Source: Candidatus Omnitrophota bacterium
GTDB lineage: Bacteria > Omnitrophota > Gorgyraeia > 2-01-FULL-45-10
Assembly: GCA_026387175.1 (NCBI GenBank)
Contig: JAPLME010000002.1
Coordinates: 12,780 to 76,779, forward strand
Length of the DNA stretch: 64,000 nt
Reading direction: 5' to 3'
Below the pieces are notes generated by a model. It made no database searches. It saw only the letters and a program-made list of their open reading frames with translations, and was not told the DNA's origin. Positions 26,042 through 36,059 of the stretch are shown one piece after another (position 1 is the first letter of the stretch; every line of letters begins with the position of its first letter). The position numbers and the translations under genes are program-made.

Positions 26042-26839
26042 ATGAAGAAATGGATATTTGCGGTAGTATGGATTTTAGCGATACTTTTGATATTAGGTAT
26101 GGCCAAAGATCTGGTCATAAAATTTGCGGTCGAGTCGGGGGCGCGGATAGTAACGGGCCTTAATCTGAAGATAGGGGTTTTCAGGGTCGGCATATTTAAC
26201 ACCCTTGTGGACATCAGGAACCTGCGTATATTAAATCCGGCGGGTTTCAAAGATAAGATGATGCTCGATATGCCTGAGATTTATGTTAAGTATGACCTTC
26301 CGGCTATCTTTAAAGGGAAGATATATTTAAAAGAAGTGCGTATAAATATGAAAGAGTTCGTCGTAGTTAAGAACGAGAAGGGCGAATTAAATCTCAACTC
26401 CCTTAGGGTGGTAAAAGCCCAGAAATCCGGCAGTTCACCCAAGGTTCAGGCCGGCGGGAAGGCTCCGGAAATACAAATAGATAAGTTGCGCCTCAAGGCA
26501 GGTAAGGTCATATATAAGGATTACTCCTCCGGCGGCGTTCCGCGTATAATAGAATATAATATTAATATAGACGAAGAATATCGGGATATAACCGATCCTT
26601 ATACTTTAGTGAGCCTTATCGTGGCGAGGTCCCTTATGAACACATCGATAGCGAACTTGACGAATTTCGATCTTAATGGTTTGAGCAGTTCAGTTTCCGG
26701 TGTTCTCGCGAATGCCCAGCAGGTTACCGATACGGCAAAAGCGGCGACTGAGGCCGTTAAGAATGTTCAGGGCACGGCATCGAAGGCTGCCAGTGCCGTG
26801 AGTGACGTGCTCGGTGATGTGTTTGGATCGAAGAAGTAG
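26042..26839 (+). CDS. AsmA-like protein
   Basis: N-terminal TM; LRILNPAGF, VVKNEKGELNL. Confidence 0.65.
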   Translation: MKKWIFAVVWILAILLILGMAKDLVIKFAVESGARIVTGLNLKIGVFRVGIFNTLVDIRNLRILNPAGFKDKMMLDMPEIYVKYDLPAIFKGKIYLKEVRINMKEFVVVKNEKGELNLNSLRVVKAQKSGSSPKVQAGGKAPEIQIDKLRLKAGKVIYKDYSSGGVPRIIEYNINIDEEYRDITDPYTLVSLIVARSLMNTSIANLTNFDLNGLSSSVSGVLANAQQVTDTAKAATEAVKNVQGTASKAASAVSDVLGDVFGSKK

Positions 26840-26878
26840 CGGAATTATCCTCCCTTAAGACTAAACGCGGAAAATAAT

Positions 26879-27289
26879 ATGGGATTCGGTGTAAAGAGAG
26901 ACAAGGAGGAAGTCTTAAGGGTAAGGATGGTTACGCTAGGGATAAGAGAAGCGGACCTGGATGAACTTTTTATACGGGCGGGTGGAAAAGGCGGACAGAA
27001 GGTAAATAAAACCTCTGCGTGTGTTTATCTCAAACACAGGCCCACAGGCATCGAGGTCAAATGTCAGAAGGAGCGTTCTCAGGCCCTAAACCGGTTCTTT
27101 GCCAGAAGGATTCTCACCGATAAAATCGAATCGCTTATTCTGGGCCGGGAAGCCGCGGCCGAGAAGAAGATAGAGAAGATCAGGCGTCAGAAGCGGAAAC
27201 GCTCTCGCAGGGCCAAAGAGAAGATGCTTAGGAATAAAAAGATGCGTTCCGAAAAGAAAGAGTTGCGAAGGCCCCCTGCGGCCGAATGA
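26879..27289 (+). CDS. Peptide chain release factor-like protein (GGQ; ArfB/C12orf65-like)
   Basis: GKGGQKVNKT, CQKERSQALNR, basic tail. Confidence 0.88.
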   Translation: MGFGVKRDKEEVLRVRMVTLGIREADLDELFIRAGGKGGQKVNKTSACVYLKHRPTGIEVKCQKERSQALNRFFARRILTDKIESLILGREAAAEKKIEKIRRQKRKRSRRAKEKMLRNKKMRSEKKELRRPPAAE

Positions 27290-27321
27290 GCTGAACGAAA
27301 TGTTTTGACTGAAAACCCTTT

Positions 27322-27411
27322 GGAGAGATGGCTGAGTGGTTGAAGGCGCACGCCTCGAAAGCGTGTGACCCTTTACAGGGTCCCTGGGTTCGAATCCCAG
27401 TCTCTCCGCCA
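27322..27411 (+). tRNA. tRNA-Ser(CGA)
   Basis: GGAGAGA/TCTCTCC acceptor, CACGC-CT-CGA-AA-GCGTG, long variable arm, GTTCGAATC, encoded CCA. Confidence 0.97.
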
Positions 27412-27444
27412 GTTTTGATAATAGGTATATACAGGAATAATATT

Positions 27445-28155
27445 ATGGACAAAAAGACATTAGCATTGCTATTCTGTTTAACCATTACGTGTTCATTTGC
27501 TTTCGCGGAAGATAATACGGTAGAGCCAGCAGGAGTCTATGCTACAATCGACACCAAACCTTCCATCCAGGCAATAAATATATTGAGAACCGGTACGGAT
27601 AAAGAGAAGACGGCGATGGCAATGGTAATTGAATCGCATTCCGATAAATATTGTCCGGCCGTATTCTTTTCTTTGGCAGCGTATCTTTTTGATGTCGGCA
27701 AAACCGACGATGCTTTGTTCTGGTTATACGCGGGGCGGATACGAACACAATATGATATTAAGATATGTACCGATGAAACCGTTGCGGGTGGTTATGAGGA
27801 ATTAAATATGTCTGTGCCGGATCTACTTAAAGTAATACAGTTTGAAAATTTAAATAACACAAAAATAATTGTACAAAAAGCAATTAAATGGGATAAAGAA
27901 ACTCCGATCAATTATGATTCGCGCTGGATAGCTTTGCATGGAATGGGCGCCTTTACGAGGGCTATGGATAACAATAAAAAGAAACCCGTTCTGACTATAC
28001 CCGAAAAAGAGTGGAAGGATGTGGCTGAAAAAAACAGAAAAGAATATTGGGATGCATTCCAGGAAGACCTTAATACCATAACGCCCGAACAGTTCGAACA
28101 GATAAGAGCAAAAATAAAGTCTTTGAAGCAGGAAGCCGCCGCTGCAAAAAAGTGA
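27445..28155 (+). CDS. Secreted helical hypothetical protein
   Basis: Signal peptide (AFA); TPR-like DDALFWLYAG helix. Confidence 0.75.
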   Translation: MDKKTLALLFCLTITCSFAFAEDNTVEPAGVYATIDTKPSIQAINILRTGTDKEKTAMAMVIESHSDKYCPAVFFSLAAYLFDVGKTDDALFWLYAGRIRTQYDIKICTDETVAGGYEELNMSVPDLLKVIQFENLNNTKIIVQKAIKWDKETPINYDSRWIALHGMGAFTRAMDNNKKKPVLTIPEKEWKDVAEKNRKEYWDAFQEDLNTITPEQFEQIRAKIKSLKQEAAAAKK

Positions 28156-28230
28156 AAGTAGAAGAATATTCTGGGTATCACTGGGACGGTTTACACGACA
28201 ATCCCCAAGCCTGTCCATGGGGCACAAGAG

Positions 28231-28437
28231 TTATTTTTCGTAATGACAGGCTTTTCGTGCCGTTTCTTGGCCGACTTTTAGAGACCTACCTATTGCTACA
28301 TACGTCATTCCTAATATATGCAATTGTTTTGCCCTGACGGCAAATATCTTGTATAATGCTACTGTTGTATTGACAGGAATCACTATGCGGGCAGTGAGCT
28401 CAGACGCGGTTCGAATTGGTTGCACTCGCGTCCGCCA
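28231..28437 (-). mobile_element. Remnant attachment site (degenerate tRNA 3' end) with small HTH reading frame
   Basis: GGTTCGAAT-tggttgcactcgcg-TCCGCCA at 28408-28437; antisense frame ...GMTYVAIGRSLKVGQETARKA. Confidence 0.45.
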
Positions 28438-28474
28438 TATTTAGTCAGTCTTAGTCAGTTTTATATGGCAACGA

Positions 28475-28607
28475 GTTGGGGATTCGAAGCGAGGCCGCGC
28501 CGAGCGAATAGCGAGGAAAAGCGCTATGCGCGACAGCGGCCGAGCTGGCTACGCAGGCGAGCTCCGCGAGCCGAAGTAGCCGAATCCCCCAACGGCGCCG
28601 CCAAACA
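28475..28607 (+). other. GC-rich structured element ending like a tRNA 3' end
   Basis: GTTGGGGATTCG/CGAATCCCCCAAC closing stem; ends AACGGCGCCGCCAAACA, as at 32416-32432. Confidence 0.5.
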
Positions 28608-28621
28608 ATCCTATTGAAACT

Positions 28622-29338
28622 ATGAAACTATCCAAACTCACAAGCCTCTCCATTGTTCTCCTCGTCATCGCCGGGCTGATCATATCCGGCCAGCAGATCA
28701 AAGACAGGGATACCCTGTATCAGGTCTCCGTTTTGGATGCTCTCATGAAAGGTGATTACGACGGTAAAGTGACCTTGAATGAAATACGCAGGCACGGTGA
28801 TTTTGGCATCGGCACCTTTGACCGGCTCGACGGTGAAGCGATAGAATTAGACGGGATATTCTATCAGGTCAGATCGGATGGAACGGTCCGGCGCCCTTCA
28901 GGTGATATAAGATCCCCTTTCTCCATGGTTAAATTTTTTGGCGCTGATATAGAATTTTCTGTTCCCAGGGAATCCGATTACCTTTCGTTGCAGAAGTTTA
29001 TAGACAGCCGCCTGCCGACCAGGAATATTCCTTATGCGATCAAGGTTGAGGGTAGATTCAGTTATATTAAAACCAGGAGCGTTCCCGCGCAGAATAAGCC
29101 TTATTCTCCACTGTCCGAAGTTGTTAAAAATCAGAGCGTTTTCGAGTTTACTGATATAGCAGGCACCCTGGTAGGTTTCAGGATTCCGGATTATATGAAA
29201 GGTGTTAATATGCCTGGATATCATTTACATTTCATAAGCCGTGATAAAACAAAAGGCGGCCATGTCTTGGCATGCGTGATAGATAGCGCCAAAGCGAATG
29301 TCGATGATATCGATCGTTTCATAATGAGCTGCCCATAA
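28622..29338 (+). CDS. budA: Alpha-acetolactate decarboxylase
   Basis: HGDFGIGTFDRLDGE, TRSVP, GYHLHF, GGHV. Confidence 0.93.
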   Translation: MKLSKLTSLSIVLLVIAGLIISGQQIKDRDTLYQVSVLDALMKGDYDGKVTLNEIRRHGDFGIGTFDRLDGEAIELDGIFYQVRSDGTVRRPSGDIRSPFSMVKFFGADIEFSVPRESDYLSLQKFIDSRLPTRNIPYAIKVEGRFSYIKTRSVPAQNKPYSPLSEVVKNQSVFEFTDIAGTLVGFRIPDYMKGVNMPGYHLHFISRDKTKGGHVLACVIDSAKANVDDIDRFIMSCP

Positions 29339-29392
29339 TTTTTCTAATTTATATTGGCCCACTGGCGTATTCCATGATATTATTATTAGATA

Positions 29393-30916
29393 ATGGCAAA
29401 GCTTATTAATAGAAACAGCATTAAATTCAAGATACTGAGCATAGTGCTCTTCGCTCTGTTCCTGCTGACGTTCACTCTCGGCTATTTCTCTTTTCAATTT
29501 AGCAAGAACCGCATCATAGGCATGCTGGGGGATTCTCTCACCGGAATTGCAGCCTCCATAGCGAGCTTTATATCCGCTGAGGACGTTTACTATATTGTAA
29601 AGAATTCAGAAAATATCAAACGAGCCGCTACGTCTGAATATAACCGCCCTAAGGGACTTGATCTGCTTTCGCCCCGGACCCTCGATGAAAAGCCCGAACC
29701 GCCGCCTAAAGAGCCGGAAATAAACCCTAGGGCCATGTATGATAAATATTCGGCGATTTTGCAAAGAATAAAGAAATTAAATAATATAGACAGTTCGATC
29801 ACTGTATATCTGGCGTCAAGAAATCGTTTTTGGGCGTCACTGACAAGTGAGCCGGTCTATTTGGCGGGCACCGCTTATGTGATGAGGCAGGAAATTAAGG
29901 ATGTTCTCTTATCAGGCACAGCGCAGGCGACGGGTATTTACGAAGATAAGGACGGAACATGGATCTCGGCATATGCGCCGGGCACACCTCTTCTGCTTGA
30001 GGATAAGCGGGTCGTGGTAGAGGTGAATTACAGGATCGATGCTTATATAAAAATGCTGAATCAGGAGCTGGTCATTATAGTGATAATATGCGTTGTGGGA
30101 TATCTAATGGTGGCCTTTATAAGTTATCAGCTTGTCACCACTTTGGTGGGCGCGATAAAGAAGCTGGATGAGGCGATAGTCGATCTCGAACAGGAACGCT
30201 ATGACAAGCCGATCGATATAAAAACAAACGATGAGATAGGACACCTTGCTGCGGCATTTGAGCTATTGAGAGTATCTATCAGGAAGAAGATAGATGAGCT
30301 GCGCCAGTCACTTAAGCGAGAGAAGAAAGCGCATCTCGAATCAGTTGTAGCCCTGACGAACGCCATAGAGGAGAGGGATCCCTATACGAGAGAGCATGTA
30401 AGCAGGGTCCAGGAATACGCTCTCCTGATAGCTAAACATATGCATCTTCCCCATGATGACTTGATCCAGCTGCGGTACAGCTGCGTTTTGCATGATATAG
30501 GCAAGATTTACATCGAGAATGCGCTTCTTAAGAAGGTCAACCTCACTCATGAGGATTTCGAAGAGATCAAAAAGCATGCCGAGCGGGGCGCCAAGATAAT
30601 CGAGGGCATTGAGTTCCTGACGGATGTGAAGGAAGCGGTCCTGAGCCACCAGGAATGCTATGACGGTACAGGTTATCCGAGGGGATTAAAAGGCAACGAG
30701 ATCCCTCTCCTGGCGAGAATAGTTTCCGTGGCCGATGCTTTTGACGCGATGACCACCGACAGGCCCTATAGGCCGAAGATGAGTTTCAGCAAAGCGATGG
30801 ATGAGATTGAAAAAAAATCCGGGACCCAGTTTGACCCCGAGGTTTGCGCCGCTTTACTGGCATACAGGGATACGCTTGAACATATGGCGCATAAGCGGTT
30901 TACCGAGGACATATAA
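29393..30916 (+). CDS. Membrane HAMP + HD-GYP phosphodiesterase
   Basis: Two TMs, DEIGHLA, DPYTREH, HDIGK, DGTGYP, DRPYR. Confidence 0.92.
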   Translation: MAKLINRNSIKFKILSIVLFALFLLTFTLGYFSFQFSKNRIIGMLGDSLTGIAASIASFISAEDVYYIVKNSENIKRAATSEYNRPKGLDLLSPRTLDEKPEPPPKEPEINPRAMYDKYSAILQRIKKLNNIDSSITVYLASRNRFWASLTSEPVYLAGTAYVMRQEIKDVLLSGTAQATGIYEDKDGTWISAYAPGTPLLLEDKRVVVEVNYRIDAYIKMLNQELVIIVIICVVGYLMVAFISYQLVTTLVGAIKKLDEAIVDLEQERYDKPIDIKTNDEIGHLAAAFELLRVSIRKKIDELRQSLKREKKAHLESVVALTNAIEERDPYTREHVSRVQEYALLIAKHMHLPHDDLIQLRYSCVLHDIGKIYIENALLKKVNLTHEDFEEIKKHAERGAKIIEGIEFLTDVKEAVLSHQECYDGTGYPRGLKGNEIPLLARIVSVADAFDAMTTDRPYRPKMSFSKAMDEIEKKSGTQFDPEVCAALLAYRDTLEHMAHKRFTEDI

Positions 30917-30918
30917 AG

Positions 30919-32148
30919 ATGCCTGATAAATTGCCTTTTCTGAAAGTGGACGGAAGGAATATAGTCGATGAGAAGGGTAAACCCATCGTGCTGAGAGGCG
31001 TTGCCCTCGGCGGATGGCTGATGATGGAAGGCTACATTCTCGGCGGCCGCAACTTCCCGGAAAAAATCTTCAGGCAGGAATTCGAGAAGGCGCTCGGCAG
31101 GGAGGCCTTGGAAGATTTCACAAGGTCTTTTCGCAAATCATTTGTCAGGGAGTATGATTTTGAGCTGATCAAAGAATGGGGAGCGAATTGCGTGCGGATC
31201 CCGTTCAATTATCGGCTCATCGAGTTCGAGGACAGGCCGTTCAGCTTGAACGAAGAGGGCCTGCGGGAGCTCGATAACGCGGTCAGATGGTGCCAGAGGA
31301 ACGGCCTGTATTGCATATTAGATATGCATGCCGCTCCCGGCGCGCAGAATCCCGACTGGCATTCGGATTGCGTCGGAAAGCCCGAACTATTCGCGAACGA
31401 TTTGAATAAAGACAGATTTGTGAAGCTTTGGTACTTTCTCGCGAGCCACTATAAAGATGTGAGCGCTGTGGCGGGTTACGATATACTGAATGAGCCGGTT
31501 ATAGAGATTGACAGGGAGAAGGAGCTGAAGGACCTTTACTGCCGGGTTACGAAAGAGATAAGGGATGTTGATTCGCGGCATATAATATTTCTTGAGGGCA
31601 ATATATTCAGCCAGAGACTTGATTTTATAGGTAAGCCCGAAGACAAGAATACGGCGCTCAGCATCCATACCTATCCGATCGCCGATTACGTCTTTAACTT
31701 CGAAAAAGACTTAACCTATCCCGGAAAAATATATAATATACCATGGTCGAAAAAGGCCCTCGACCTTATGTCTCTGCCGTATAGGATGCTGATCGATAAG
31801 ATCAATGTGCCTCTCTACGTAGGTGAGGTGGGAATAAACTGGCGAGGGGGCCATTATGGCGAGTTGAAGTGGGCAGAAGATATGCTGGATGTTCTTGAGC
31901 GTCATGGTATAAGCTGGACTTATTGGACCTATAAGAGCGTAGCGAATGCCATCCATCCGGATGGGATCTTTCGTTACGTGAAGAGCCCCGAATGGGTCAA
32001 CCATAAAGGGCCGCTGACCGGATTGGAGACCTATGCCTCTGCCTGGCCGAAGCACAAGAATAGCATGATCTCATCCTGGAAGACCGAGCATTTCAAACTC
32101 AATGAGCGGCTCGCGGCGCTGTTGGAAAAGTTATTTAGCAAGAATTAA
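30919..32148 (+). CDS. Glycoside hydrolase family 5 protein
   Basis: VRIP, LDMHAAPG, LNEP, HTY, YVGE, WTYW. Confidence 0.92.
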   Translation: MPDKLPFLKVDGRNIVDEKGKPIVLRGVALGGWLMMEGYILGGRNFPEKIFRQEFEKALGREALEDFTRSFRKSFVREYDFELIKEWGANCVRIPFNYRLIEFEDRPFSLNEEGLRELDNAVRWCQRNGLYCILDMHAAPGAQNPDWHSDCVGKPELFANDLNKDRFVKLWYFLASHYKDVSAVAGYDILNEPVIEIDREKELKDLYCRVTKEIRDVDSRHIIFLEGNIFSQRLDFIGKPEDKNTALSIHTYPIADYVFNFEKDLTYPGKIYNIPWSKKALDLMSLPYRMLIDKINVPLYVGEVGINWRGGHYGELKWAEDMLDVLERHGISWTYWTYKSVANAIHPDGIFRYVKSPEWVNHKGPLTGLETYASAWPKHKNSMISSWKTEHFKLNERLAALLEKLFSKN

Positions 32149-32254
32149 TTAGGATTGTCGGAGAGATGCCCCAACGAACGGTTTTATGTTAGTCTGTCGA
32201 TTTGCTGTTGTGTTCGTCGGGACGAACAACACTTAGATTGTGGCTGAAATTATC

Positions 32255-32345
32255 GGAGAGATGCCGGAGCGGTTGAACGGGCGCGCCTGGAAAGTGCGTG
32301 ACCTCCAAAAGGGGTCCTAGGGTTCGAATCCCTATCTCTCCGCCA
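32255..32345 (+). tRNA. tRNA-Ser(GGA)
   Basis: GGAGAGA/TCTCTCC acceptor, CGCGC-CT-GGA-AA-GTGCG, long variable arm, encoded CCA. Confidence 0.97.
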
Positions 32346-32462
32346 ATTTTTCCGATAAGGAAAAAATGAGCGATGCCGTGAAAGCCCGAACGTCGCGATA
32401 AGCGACGTAGGCCGAAACGGCGCCGCCAAACATTACAACCTTTGGTATAAGTCAGAGATCAT

Positions 32463-33458
32463 ATGGGCAAGAAATATCGAGTAGTGACTGTAGCGATCAC
32501 CTTATTATTGACGGCGGTCGCTTTTGTTTTTGCGGAAGAGAACAAACCGCAAAAGGTCACCTTCATTACGCATTGGAGCCCTCAAGCGCAGTTTGCGGGC
32601 TATTACGTTGCGAAGGAAAAAGGGTTTTATAAGGAACGCGGGATAGACGTTGAGATCCTTTCCAGCGGGCCGAGTATCTCCGCCTCGCAGGCCCTTGCCG
32701 ACGGCAAGGCGGACTTTGCCGTGTTGTGGCTTTCGCAGGCCCTTCAGAACCGTTCCAAAGGCGTCAAGCTGATCAATATCGGCCAGATCATGCCGCGGTC
32801 CGGGCTGATGTTCGTCGCGAGGAAGTCTGCCGGCATACGTAAGCCCGAGGACCTCAACGGCAAAAAAGTGAGCCTATGGGACGGAGATCTGCGTCTTTCG
32901 GGGGAAGCGTTCATAAAAAAATACGGACTGAACGTCAGTAAGATCCATCAGTCTTACACGGTCAATCTCTTTCTTGCCGGGGGTGTCGATGCGGTTATGG
33001 CCATGTGGTATAACGAGTACCATACGATCATCAGCTCCGGGATGGATCCCGAGGAACTGTCGGTCTTTTTCTTCAAGGACCACGGTCTCAATGTTCCGGA
33101 AGACGGGCTATACACGCTCGAAGGTACATACCGCAAGGATCCAGCCCTTACTAAAGCGTTCGTCGAGGCTTCTATCAAAGGCTGGCTCTACGCGTTTAGC
33201 CATCCGGAGGAGGCGGTGGATATTGTGCTCGAACGTATGCGTACCGGCAATATCCCCGCCAACAGGGAGCATCAAAAATGGATGCTTAAGAGTGTCGAGC
33301 AGTTGATAACTACCAATGGTGGTATATCAAAGACAGTCGCTCTTTCGCCGGAAGATTATAGGGCCGTCTCCGGCATGCTTAAAGAGCACGGCCTGATCGA
33401 CAGTGTTACCGATTTCGACTCATTCTACGTCCCGGCGGTTACCTATGTTGAAAAATAA
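32463..33458 (+). CDS. NMT1/THI5-like substrate-binding protein
   Basis: Signal peptide; WSPQAQFAGYYVAKEKGFY. Confidence 0.9.
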   Translation: MGKKYRVVTVAITLLLTAVAFVFAEENKPQKVTFITHWSPQAQFAGYYVAKEKGFYKERGIDVEILSSGPSISASQALADGKADFAVLWLSQALQNRSKGVKLINIGQIMPRSGLMFVARKSAGIRKPEDLNGKKVSLWDGDLRLSGEAFIKKYGLNVSKIHQSYTVNLFLAGGVDAVMAMWYNEYHTIISSGMDPEELSVFFFKDHGLNVPEDGLYTLEGTYRKDPALTKAFVEASIKGWLYAFSHPEEAVDIVLERMRTGNIPANREHQKWMLKSVEQLITTNGGISKTVALSPEDYRAVSGMLKEHGLIDSVTDFDSFYVPAVTYVEK

Positions 33459-35376
33459 AGGTATAACATTTAAGCTGATAGTGCTCTTTTCCGTATCGAG
33501 CGCGCTCATTCTCTCCGCCATCGTGGAGCTGAACTACGTATTTTCACGTAAGATGCTCGAGAAGAGCGTCGAGGAGGGCGCTCGAAATCTGACCATGAGC
33601 ACGGTCTACCGCATTGAAACGATACTTGCCGCCGCCCAAAAAGTACCCGAGAACTTCGCCTGCGCCATAGAAAGCGGCGCCTGCGGTGAAGACCGGCTTT
33701 TGCGCCTTCTCGAAGCCATGACCGCGCGGAACAACGAGGTCTATGGCATGGCCGCGGCCTTCGAACCGTTCGCTTTCGACCCATCGAAGAAATATTACGC
33801 GCCGTATTTCTACAAGAGCGGCGGAAAGACAAAATACGTCCTTCTGTCGGAAGGATCATATGACTACTTCTCGTGGGACTGGTACCAGATACCCAAAGAG
33901 ATGGACGCGCCGTACTGGACGGAGCCTTATTTTGACGAAGGCGGCGGGAATATCATGATGTCGACCTATTCTGTGCCTCTGTATGATACGGTTTCCGGCT
34001 CTAAAAAGTTCAGGGGTATAGTCACGGCGGACATTTCGCTGGAGTGGCTGCGCGGGATCATATCATCGATCAAGATACTTAAGACAGGATACGCGTTTCT
34101 GATATCGAAGAACGGTACCATCGTGACCCATCCGTCCGGCGAGATGATCATGAACGAAACGATCTTCAGTATGGCCGGGGCGCGGGGTGACAAGGCGCTT
34201 AGGGATATCGGCAGAAAAATGATAAAAGGGGAGTCCGGTTTCGCGCTTTCAAAGAGCGTTGTGGCGGGAAAGAAGTGCTGGATGTATTATGCTCCGGTCC
34301 CGTCGACAGGCTGGTCGCTGGCCGTGCTTTTCCCTCAGGACGAGCTTTTGGCCGACATCAGGAAGCTTCGCGACATATCGGCCCTGGCGGGGATCGCGGG
34401 TGTGGCCCTTCTGCTTCTGGTCGTGATCTTTATATCCCGCTCGATCACCCGGCCCATCAGAGCGATGGCGCGCGCCGCAGAGGTGATAGCTACGGGAAAC
34501 CTGGACGCGCCCTTGCCGGAGGTCGAATCGAAGGATGAAGTCGGCAAGCTGACCGAAGCATTTCGATACATGAGCCGGTCGCTTAAAGAGTATATCGAAC
34601 GGCTAACCGAGACCGTTGCGATCAAAGAGCGGATACAGAGCGAATTGAGCATTGCGCGCAGAATACAGATGAGCATTCTCCCGAAAAAATTTCCGGCGCT
34701 CGACGATAAGAATGGAGTCGACATATTTGCCATGATCAGCCCCGCAAAAGAAGTGGGCGGCGATTTTTACGATTTTCATTATATAGACAAGGACAGGATG
34801 TGTTTTGTGGTCGGCGACGTCTCGGGCAAAGGCGTGCCGGCATCGCTCTTCATGGCGGTTACCAAGACATTCCTGAAGGCGACGGTCATCAGGGAGGATT
34901 CTCCGGAGAAGGTCCTTGCTATCGTGAACAAGGAATTGAGCTCCGGCGAGGATCAGTCGCTCTTCGTGACAGTCTTTTTCGGGATCATCGATATACGGAC
35001 GGGAAATATCTTTTATACCAATGGCGGCCACAATAGTCCCCTTGTCGTCAAGAAGACCGGCGAATCGGTATTCGTCCAGCCTATCGGGGGGATGGTCATG
35101 GGGATAATTCATGACGCAAATTTCGATGTGGGGAACTTTGTCCTGGGCTCCGGCGAGCTCCTATTCCTATATACCGATGGTGTTACTGAAGCAATGAACG
35201 AAAAAAGAGAGCAATATTCAGAAGAGAGGTTAAAGCTTATTCTGAAAAAGTCGGTTGAACTTAATTGCAGAGAGACGATTGAAGCTGTGCTCGCGGATGT
35301 GAAGGCATTTACAGGAAAAGCGCCCCAGTCGGACGACATTACTATGCTGGCCATCAGGAAGTACTTTTGTAAGTAG
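33445..35376 (+). CDS. dCache-HAMP-SpoIIE (RsbU-like) PP2C phosphatase
   Basis: WTEPYFD, DEVGKL, VGGDFYD, DVSGKG, YTDG, DDIT. Confidence 0.93.
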   Translation: MLKNKGITFKLIVLFSVSSALILSAIVELNYVFSRKMLEKSVEEGARNLTMSTVYRIETILAAAQKVPENFACAIESGACGEDRLLRLLEAMTARNNEVYGMAAAFEPFAFDPSKKYYAPYFYKSGGKTKYVLLSEGSYDYFSWDWYQIPKEMDAPYWTEPYFDEGGGNIMMSTYSVPLYDTVSGSKKFRGIVTADISLEWLRGIISSIKILKTGYAFLISKNGTIVTHPSGEMIMNETIFSMAGARGDKALRDIGRKMIKGESGFALSKSVVAGKKCWMYYAPVPSTGWSLAVLFPQDELLADIRKLRDISALAGIAGVALLLLVVIFISRSITRPIRAMARAAEVIATGNLDAPLPEVESKDEVGKLTEAFRYMSRSLKEYIERLTETVAIKERIQSELSIARRIQMSILPKKFPALDDKNGVDIFAMISPAKEVGGDFYDFHYIDKDRMCFVVGDVSGKGVPASLFMAVTKTFLKATVIREDSPEKVLAIVNKELSSGEDQSLFVTVFFGIIDIRTGNIFYTNGGHNSPLVVKKTGESVFVQPIGGMVMGIIHDANFDVGNFVLGSGELLFLYTDGVTEAMNEKREQYSEERLKLILKKSVELNCRETIEAVLADVKAFTGKAPQSDDITMLAIRKYFCK

Positions 35377-35424
35377 TTGACAAATAATAGTTAATGTTGT
35401 AACCTATTACCCGACGGAGGATCG

Positions 35425-36027
35425 ATGGATCTTAATAATCTGTTTCAGTCAACGCTCATACTTTTCGCTATTGTAAATCCCATAGGCAGCATCCCGCTGG
35501 TTTTGCAGCTTACAGACGGAATGCCTTTGAAGGCGCGCCGCCGTGTCTTCAATATGGCTGTTTACACCTCTGCCATCATTCTCTTTCTCTTCATCCTCGC
35601 CGGGAAATGGATACTTTCCAATTTTTTTCAGATACAGCTGCCTGATCTGATGGCCGCCGGAGGGCTCCTCCTCCTGATCATAGCTATAGATCACCTGATA
35701 TTCGGCGCGCTGGTGAAGAACGTCCGCGCCTCGAAAAAACAGGATACCCATCATGTTGGCGCTGTTCCGCTGGCCTGCCCCATCCTGGCCGGCCCCGGCG
35801 CTATGATGACCGTCCTTGTCATCTTCTCCGAGTATGGTTATTTGATAGCGGCCGGCTCTGTCGCTATAGTCCTTGGGATCACATGGATCATTATTTATTT
35901 CAGCGATGCTATATACCGTTTTCTGGGCGAGATAGTCTGTCTGGTACTTTCGAAGATACTATGCCTTTTCCTGGCAGCGATAGGAATACATCTTTTAATG
36001 CGGGGATTAAGCTATTATTTGAAATAG
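35425..36027 (+). CDS. MarC family membrane protein
   Basis: IVNPIG, VPLACPILAGPG. Confidence 0.92.
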   Translation: MDLNNLFQSTLILFAIVNPIGSIPLVLQLTDGMPLKARRRVFNMAVYTSAIILFLFILAGKWILSNFFQIQLPDLMAAGGLLLLIIAIDHLIFGALVKNVRASKKQDTHHVGAVPLACPILAGPGAMMTVLVIFSEYGYLIAAGSVAIVLGITWIIIYFSDAIYRFLGEIVCLVLSKILCLFLAAIGIHLLMRGLSYYLK

Positions 36028-36059
36028 CGATCCAGTTAAAAATAACATTAGGAGGGGAT

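Noticed and set aside
27328-27444. N-terminal extension of the 275-aa ORF
   Set aside because: It reads through tRNA-Ser; the signal peptide begins at ATG 27445
28420-28617. 65-aa Arg-rich ORF
   Set aside because: It translates the GC-rich structured element; no RBS or protein features
28622-28700. Signal or anchor on acetolactate decarboxylase
   Set aside because: Exported members of this family are already known; not novel
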